DNA of 12,866 nt, taken from contig CAVSBL010000001.1 of assembly GCA_963726255.1 (NCBI GenBank), positions 1-12,866 on the forward strand, in the 5' to 3' direction. Position 1 is the first letter of the stretch. Every line of letters starts with the position of its first letter. The position numbers and the translations under genes were made by a program. The notes beneath the pieces were generated by a model. That model was not told the DNA's origin. It made no database searches and saw only the letters and a list, made by a program, of their open reading frames with translations. Below are positions 8,156-12,866 of this stretch, one piece after another. This DNA is from Candidatus Bathyarchaeota archaeon (GTDB lineage: Archaea; Thermoproteota; Bathyarchaeia; 40CM-2-53-6).

Positions 8156-9097
8156 ATGGGTGTTGTTCTTGATGCAGCAGCGATTTCCGGTCTGATCGCT
8201 TCGATGCTTGAATTGAGCGTCCCAATGGCATTCGCATCGTTGGGCGAGGTCATTAGTGAACGAGGTGGGGTGATAAATCTCGGAACGGAGGGAGTAATGC
8301 TCGTCGGAGCAATCTCGGCGTTTTCAGTCAGCTTCTTCATGCATGACAACCTACTCGGAGTAATCCTGGGGGCATTCTGTGGCGCGCTCATCGGCCTGCT
8401 GATGGCGTTTATCTCGATAAGTTTGAAACAGGACCAAATCCTCTCGGGTCTCGGAATCTACTTTCTAGGACTCGGTCTTTCTGGATTCGTCTACGAAGCC
8501 TTGTTCGGCGAAATTGGCTCGACGATCAGAATTGAAGGGCTTCCGAATATACCAATACCCGTGCTATCCTCAATTCCCATACTCGGTAACTCACTCTTCT
8601 CCCAAGATATCATAGAGTACATGGCCTTCGTGACGCTCGTCATCGTAATTCTCGTGATTGGGCGAACAACGTTCGGGCTTAACTTGAGAGCAGTTGGCGA
8701 GAATCCATCAGCAGCTGACACACTGGGAGTCAACGTCGCAAAGATACGGTACATTGCGGTAATTGCAGGAGCGACCTTGGCAGGAATCGGAGGCGCTTAC
8801 CTAGCCATCTCAGTCCACGCTTTCCAGGCAGAAAACATCACCGCTGGAAGAGGGTTCATCGCAGTTGCCATGGTATATTTCGGTAAGTGGCGCCCTGCTA
8901 GGGCGTTCTTCGGAACATTCCTCTTCGGTGCGGCTTATCTTCTCGGCTCATTCTTCCAAGTCGTAGGCTCAATAATACCCTACTACTTCCTGCTCATGGT
9001 CCCCTACCTGCTTACCCTCGTAATCCTAGTGGCTATTGCCCGAGGCGCCCGCCAACCGTCGGCGTTGGGAATCCCCTACACTAGAGAAAGCGGATAA
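8156..9097 (+). CDS. Nucleoside ABC transporter permease 2 (YufQ/NupQ-type)
   Basis: SERGGVINLGTEGVM, GLNLRAVGENPSAADTLGVNV, AGRGFIAVAMVYFGKWRP and C-terminal PSALGIPY. Starts 3 nt after permease 1. Confidence 0.93.
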   Translation: MGVVLDAAAISGLIASMLELSVPMAFASLGEVISERGGVINLGTEGVMLVGAISAFSVSFFMHDNLLGVILGAFCGALIGLLMAFISISLKQDQILSGLGIYFLGLGLSGFVYEALFGEIGSTIRIEGLPNIPIPVLSSIPILGNSLFSQDIIEYMAFVTLVIVILVIGRTTFGLNLRAVGENPSAADTLGVNVAKIRYIAVIAGATLAGIGGAYLAISVHAFQAENITAGRGFIAVAMVYFGKWRPARAFFGTFLFGAAYLLGSFFQVVGSIIPYYFLLMVPYLLTLVILVAIARGARQPSALGIPYTRESG

Positions 9098-9099
9098 GA

Positions 9100-9115
9100 A
9101 CAGGCAGTGGCCTGT
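9100..9115. terminator. Short perfect hairpin immediately after the ABC operon stop, between convergent genes
   Basis: ACAGGC-agtg-GCCTGT (6-bp stem) with no T-tract, so function is uncertain. Confidence 0.25.
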
Positions 9116-9183
9116 GAAGCGACTGGCGAGAGAATAAGCCCGTAATTACTTCATTTCACGACCGATGTGCACGACAACCAGAA

Positions 9184-9957
9184 TTATTCCCGCAGGAGCT
9201 CGTCAACATCTCGGTACCACTTCTTTCTCTCTCCGATTTGTGACCTAATCTTCCAACCCCGTGTCTTGGGTTCGCTATCTATGCGAGACCGTAAAGCTGT
9301 GATCTTCGAATTCACATCTTTCTTATCCTCCTCGGAGAGCTTCTCGAGATTTTGAGCGATTCTTCCCACATTTTCCAAGTTGAGTGTGAATGTTCTCCAA
9401 AGACCCCAATCGCGAGCGGTAAGGCGCGCTATGCGGTCTGCGTTGATTGTGTCATCGTCTGACCCGCCGATCTGATGCTCTCTTAGAAGCATTATAGTGT
9501 CGATGACGTCCTTTTGATTCAACCTGACTATCTGCATTTTCTCCAGGAGAAGCTCCGCGAGCGGCACAGTCGGATCGTCAACTTCGAGCCTATCTTGGAA
9601 GTCCACATCGTGACAGAACTCAAGCTTGTCTAGGAATACATCACAGTGTCTGTTAGTCCCGCTTGTTTCATAGAATACTAACCTCGAACCAAAGAGGGCC
9701 CTTACTCGTGCGTCATGCTGATACCCGAGCTCGGTGAATAGGTTGGTGATTCGGGAACTTTCTTGTCTGTATGAGGCAAAGTCTATGTCAGTAAACGTGC
9801 GTCCCAGCATTTCCTGCATGTACGAGAATTTTGGACAATGTATGTGAAAGGCGAGCGCTCCAAGCAGCCTCAATAGTACGCCTTCGGTCTTGGCGGCATT
9901 CGTGATTCTGTGGACCTCGTCAAGAAAGTCGGAGCTCGCATTACCATACTTTGCCAA
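9184..9957 (-). CDS. Predicted nucleotidyltransferase (Pol-beta-like superfamily), uncharacterised family
   Basis: LRLLGALAF (hG motif followed by a helix), RTFTDIDF (DxD), HCDVF (third acidic residue), LLLEKMQI...KDVIDT, DWGLWRT and a basic/Trp-rich C-terminus (PKTRGWKIRSQIGERKKWY). The TTG at 9957 after GTGGGA is preferred over the track start at 10026, which overlaps the divergent ORF. Confidence 0.72.
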   Translation of the reverse strand: MAKYGNASSDFLDEVHRITNAAKTEGVLLRLLGALAFHIHCPKFSYMQEMLGRTFTDIDFASYRQESSRITNLFTELGYQHDARVRALFGSRLVFYETSGTNRHCDVFLDKLEFCHDVDFQDRLEVDDPTVPLAELLLEKMQIVRLNQKDVIDTIMLLREHQIGGSDDDTINADRIARLTARDWGLWRTFTLNLENVGRIAQNLEKLSEEDKKDVNSKITALRSRIDSEPKTRGWKIRSQIGERKKWYRDVDELLRE

Positions 9958-10107
9958 GACGATCCCACAAGGAATTTGCAAGACCGTCGAGCCCCCCGCT
10001 AAATGAAACTTTGTGTTGATTACCATGTTACGATGAGAAAAATCGTAGTCGTATGCCGTTGGCTCAGCGAGGCCGCGTATCGGATTAAGAACATCCCTTC
10101 GAAGGTG

Positions 10108-10113
10108 TTAAAT
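10108..10113 (+). promoter_or_regulatory. Candidate TATA box for the APC permease
   Basis: GAAGGTG-TTAAAT about 25 nt upstream of the ATG at 10138 (leaderless spacing). Confidence 0.35.
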
Positions 10114-10137
10114 TTGTGGTCGACAGGTCTTCCGCCC

Positions 10138-11685
10138 ATGACAAGCCAACCTGTGGCGTTTGTTAGAAAGGCTTCAGGGCTGCGCCGAGACGTCTCCTTC
10201 TTGGATGTTGTTGGTCTGAATTTGAGCAACATGTCAGGAGGAGCAGCCCTCGGAATTATCGGATACACAATGGTGTTACTCTCATCGACATCAGGAGTCA
10301 ACTTGGTGTATGGCTCCATACTCGCTTGGGTTCTATCAATCCCGCAGATCATCGTCTATACGATGATGACAACGCGAATTAGTCGTACTGGCGGAGATTA
10401 CGTGTGGGCCTCACGAGTGTACGGTGGATTCTTTGGGGGAGCGCTTTCGTTCATGGGTTACACTCTTGAGACGATGGCCTATCTGGCTCTGATTGCGTTG
10501 GCAGCGGTTGTCTCGATTGGTTCGGTTGGGCTTTCACTTGGGTATGAGAACATGCTAAGCTTGGCGCTGCCAGGGAATATTCCTGGAGCCGATCTCGTGG
10601 GGCAATTTGTGATTGCCGCGGCAATCTTCGCTGTCCTCATAGCTGTCAATATCCTAAAGCCAAAGGCTGGTTACAAGATAGTTGCGATCGCAGTGATAAT
10701 CGCGATAGCGGCTACCTTCGTCGGAATTTTCACAATCTTGGGCGCAGGCACGTCTGGCGTCCAAGGCTACATGAGTTTTCTCGATTCCATCGGCGCGAAG
10801 GCCACGTATGAGTCGGCTTCGTTGCCGGCCAATTCTCCAACGTTCGATCTGGGAGCAACAATCTTCATGTTGCCATTCTTTGCAATCTTCGTCTATCCGT
10901 GGATAAACGCTGGACCTGCCGTTGCCTCCGAGATTAAGGGTAAAGGCGCTCTCCGGTATAACGTGGTGATTTCTTCAGTTGTAACTCTTATAGTCGTCAC
11001 CACGGCGTTCGCAAGCATGTACTACGCGGGTGGTTTCAATTTCGTAAATGGCGCGTTAAGTAATCCGAATCTAGTATACGATTGGACTTTCAACTTCTGG
11101 ACGCTTGCAATGGGCGTCTCTAGCATTCCAGCAGTGTCATGGTTTATCGGCTTGGGATGGATTCTCTGGAACGTCGCCATCCTTGCTTATGGAATCATCG
11201 TCCTATCCCGTTACCTCTTCGCCCAATCCTTCGACCGATTCCTACCCGAGAAGGTAGCTTACGTCAGCCCGAAGTACAGTTCACCCGTAGTAGCATTACT
11301 GATTGAACTCGTAGGAACCCTAGTCTTGATTGGGTTAGCTTCGTTCTTCTACGGTACCTTGGTTGCACTCTTTGGAGCAGTCGTCGCAGCAATGATTTAC
11401 TTCATCTTCGTTGGAATCGCCGCCGTGCTCTACGCCTTCAAGAACGAGAAGGGTGGATCCAAGGCTCTTCTGGCAACTTCCGGAGCCCTAATGACAATAG
11501 TGTTCGTGTACATTACGTACCAGTTCCTAGCCTTCCCTGGAATATGGGGAGGAAACCCGATCGCCTATGGTTGGGTTGTGGGCAGTTTCATCGGCGGCAT
11601 CATAATCTATGCAATTTCGAAATCTTACTACGGCAAGCGTGGCATCGACATATCGCTAGCGTACAAGGAATTGCCCCCGCTGTAG
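10138..11685 (+). CDS. APC-superfamily (amino acid/polyamine/organocation) permease
   Basis: About 12 hydrophobic segments, N-terminal FVRKASGLRRDVS, RTGGDYVWASR, ASEIKG, SRYLFAQSFDRFLP and C-terminal GIDISLAYKELPP. The ATG at 10138 is preferred over the track start at 10003, whose extension is not permease-like. Confidence 0.9.
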   Translation: MTSQPVAFVRKASGLRRDVSFLDVVGLNLSNMSGGAALGIIGYTMVLLSSTSGVNLVYGSILAWVLSIPQIIVYTMMTTRISRTGGDYVWASRVYGGFFGGALSFMGYTLETMAYLALIALAAVVSIGSVGLSLGYENMLSLALPGNIPGADLVGQFVIAAAIFAVLIAVNILKPKAGYKIVAIAVIIAIAATFVGIFTILGAGTSGVQGYMSFLDSIGAKATYESASLPANSPTFDLGATIFMLPFFAIFVYPWINAGPAVASEIKGKGALRYNVVISSVVTLIVVTTAFASMYYAGGFNFVNGALSNPNLVYDWTFNFWTLAMGVSSIPAVSWFIGLGWILWNVAILAYGIIVLSRYLFAQSFDRFLPEKVAYVSPKYSSPVVALLIELVGTLVLIGLASFFYGTLVALFGAVVAAMIYFIFVGIAAVLYAFKNEKGGSKALLATSGALMTIVFVYITYQFLAFPGIWGGNPIAYGWVVGSFIGGIIIYAISKSYYGKRGIDISLAYKELPPL

Positions 11686-11801
11686 TCCCTTTACAGCAGA
11701 ATACTGACTGAACGAGCCCCGAAACGAAAACGCGGCAATACGGACCAAGTTACGCCGGTGTACACGCTGTTACCGGGGCCAAATCCCTAACCCACCGTAC
11801 A

Positions 11802-12770
11802 TTACCCGGACGTAAGCTGCCAGCTAACCACTTTTTTGTCCCCCACGTTCACAATCGCACCTCTGAGTACCCCTTCAGGATATTCGCTGCCCGGGTTAAC
11901 CACGAGTGTTTTTCCAATCTTAGTCGTACCCCTCGACTCATGGATATGACCGCACAGGTGAACAAGCGGCTGATGCTTTTCGACTTCACGCCGAATCGCA
12001 GTACTTCCCGCGCCGATCATAACGGCCTGCCCCTTATCAAAAACAGGCTTCGGCGGGAATACCGAATCGTCCAATTTCGGACATGTATCAAGCCCGCAGT
12101 TTGCCGGAGGTACGTGTACGTTGAATACACAATTCTCCAAATTGGCTACAGAAGAGACTAGTTTCTCTGTTGCAGCTTCAAGATCTTCCTCGCTATGATC
12201 TCGCGGGCATTTCCAAGGGGTTGGATTGCTCCATCCCAAGTTCACCATTTCATGGAGTTCGTCTATTTTCATAACTTTGTTATCAGCATTCTTCACATGA
12301 GGCGTATCGTGCACGGCGTCTACGATTTCTTGATAGTCGTCGTTTCCGCCCGTTAAGTAACAAGTCACACCTAGGTCGGCGAGGAATGGTTCAGCACGGT
12401 CAACCCACTTCATCAATGTCTCCTTCATGGTTGTCATGAAGAGTTTGTCTACTTTCTCCTTGGATGCTTTGAGCTCCTCCATCTCTGCTTTCCCACAGTG
12501 GTAGTAGTAATAACCGCTGTCAGTAATTTCCTTCTCCAAAGCCTTCACCTCGTCGGCTCCCCTCGCAGTTCTTCCGCCGATATAGTCCGCTTTGAACGTC
12601 CCATCCTCGAGGTCGACAATCGGTACAAGCATCTTGCCAGTTAGATCTCCCCCGAGAACCAGAACGTCCACCTTGTAGAATTTGGCCGCGCTCAGCAACT
12701 TCTCGTAACAACGACTCGAACCGTGTAGGTCAGTTGCGAAGAATATCTTCGTAAACTTCTTGTCCGGCAA
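11802..12770 (-). CDS. Calcineurin-like metallophosphoesterase (Icc-related, COG2129-like)
   Basis: All five MPP motifs: FATDLHG, GGDLT, GGNDD (variant of GNHD), NVHVPP and CGHIHE, plus C-terminal VVNPGS. TTG start. Confidence 0.9.
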   Translation of the reverse strand: MPDKKFTKIFFATDLHGSSRCYEKLLSAAKFYKVDVLVLGGDLTGKMLVPIVDLEDGTFKADYIGGRTARGADEVKALEKEITDSGYYYYHCGKAEMEELKASKEKVDKLFMTTMKETLMKWVDRAEPFLADLGVTCYLTGGNDDYQEIVDAVHDTPHVKNADNKVMKIDELHEMVNLGWSNPTPWKCPRDHSEEDLEAATEKLVSSVANLENCVFNVHVPPANCGLDTCPKLDDSVFPPKPVFDKGQAVMIGAGSTAIRREVEKHQPLVHLCGHIHESRGTTKIGKTLVVNPGSEYPEGVLRGAIVNVGDKKVVSWQLTSG

Positions 12771-12866
12771 CTCTACGCATCTTCGATAACGGGTAGGTAC
12801 GTTGGATAGTACTAGAATTTATCTCTCGGAATTCCAACTCGAGTAAGACGATTTGGCAAACGTGGC

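Noticed and set aside
3736-9355. Short ORFs 3736-3918, 4465-4647, 4914-5276, 4973-5233, 5143-5343, 6232-6441, 6543-6725, 8149-8391, 8491-8754 and 9167-9355
   Set aside because: They are antisense shadows of the secreted-protein, ABC transporter and NTase genes.
10003-10026. Head-to-head overlap of the NTase and APC ORFs
   Set aside because: This is an artefact of longest-ORF start calling; the plausible starts at 9957 and 10138 leave a ~180-bp promoter region.
11704-11730. CTGACTGA...GAAACGAAA resembling a hammerhead ribozyme core
   Set aside because: It does not match CUGANGA, and no stem II can form between the two core elements.
10020-12711. Short ORFs 10020-10352, 11940-12161 and 12520-12711
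   Set aside because: They overlap the permease or the phosphoesterase and have no independent coding evidence.
12853-12866. Possible TTG start of a divergent gene at the right edge
   Set aside because: Only four codons are visible, which is too little to support a call.

Overview
Gene-dense window of probable archaeal origin. This is inferred from TATA-like boxes, frequent TTG starts, a membrane-anchored (non-lipoprotein) BMP binding protein and a sequon-rich secreted protein; a Bathyarchaeia/TACK-like host is only a guess. The left block looks like a nucleobase/nucleoside scavenging locus: a 487-aa fold-type II PLP enzyme, a COG0402-type amidohydrolase/deaminase, a secreted DUF3108/TapB-like protein, and a four-gene BMP-type nucleoside ABC transporter whose ATPase is split by a -1 frameshift at about 6017-6019. 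The right block is an uncharacterised trio: a Pol-beta-like nucleotidyltransferase, an APC-family permease, and a calcineurin-like metallophosphoesterase with a GNDD motif. This trio is the best candidate for an undescribed system. At the left edge, an ORF missed by the track (196 to <1, minus strand) joins a threonine-synthase-like Zn-ribbon N-terminus directly to a cysteine-synthase-like C-terminal segment. No rRNA, tRNA, CRISPR array or mobile element was seen. All family calls come from motif recognition; no database searches were run.
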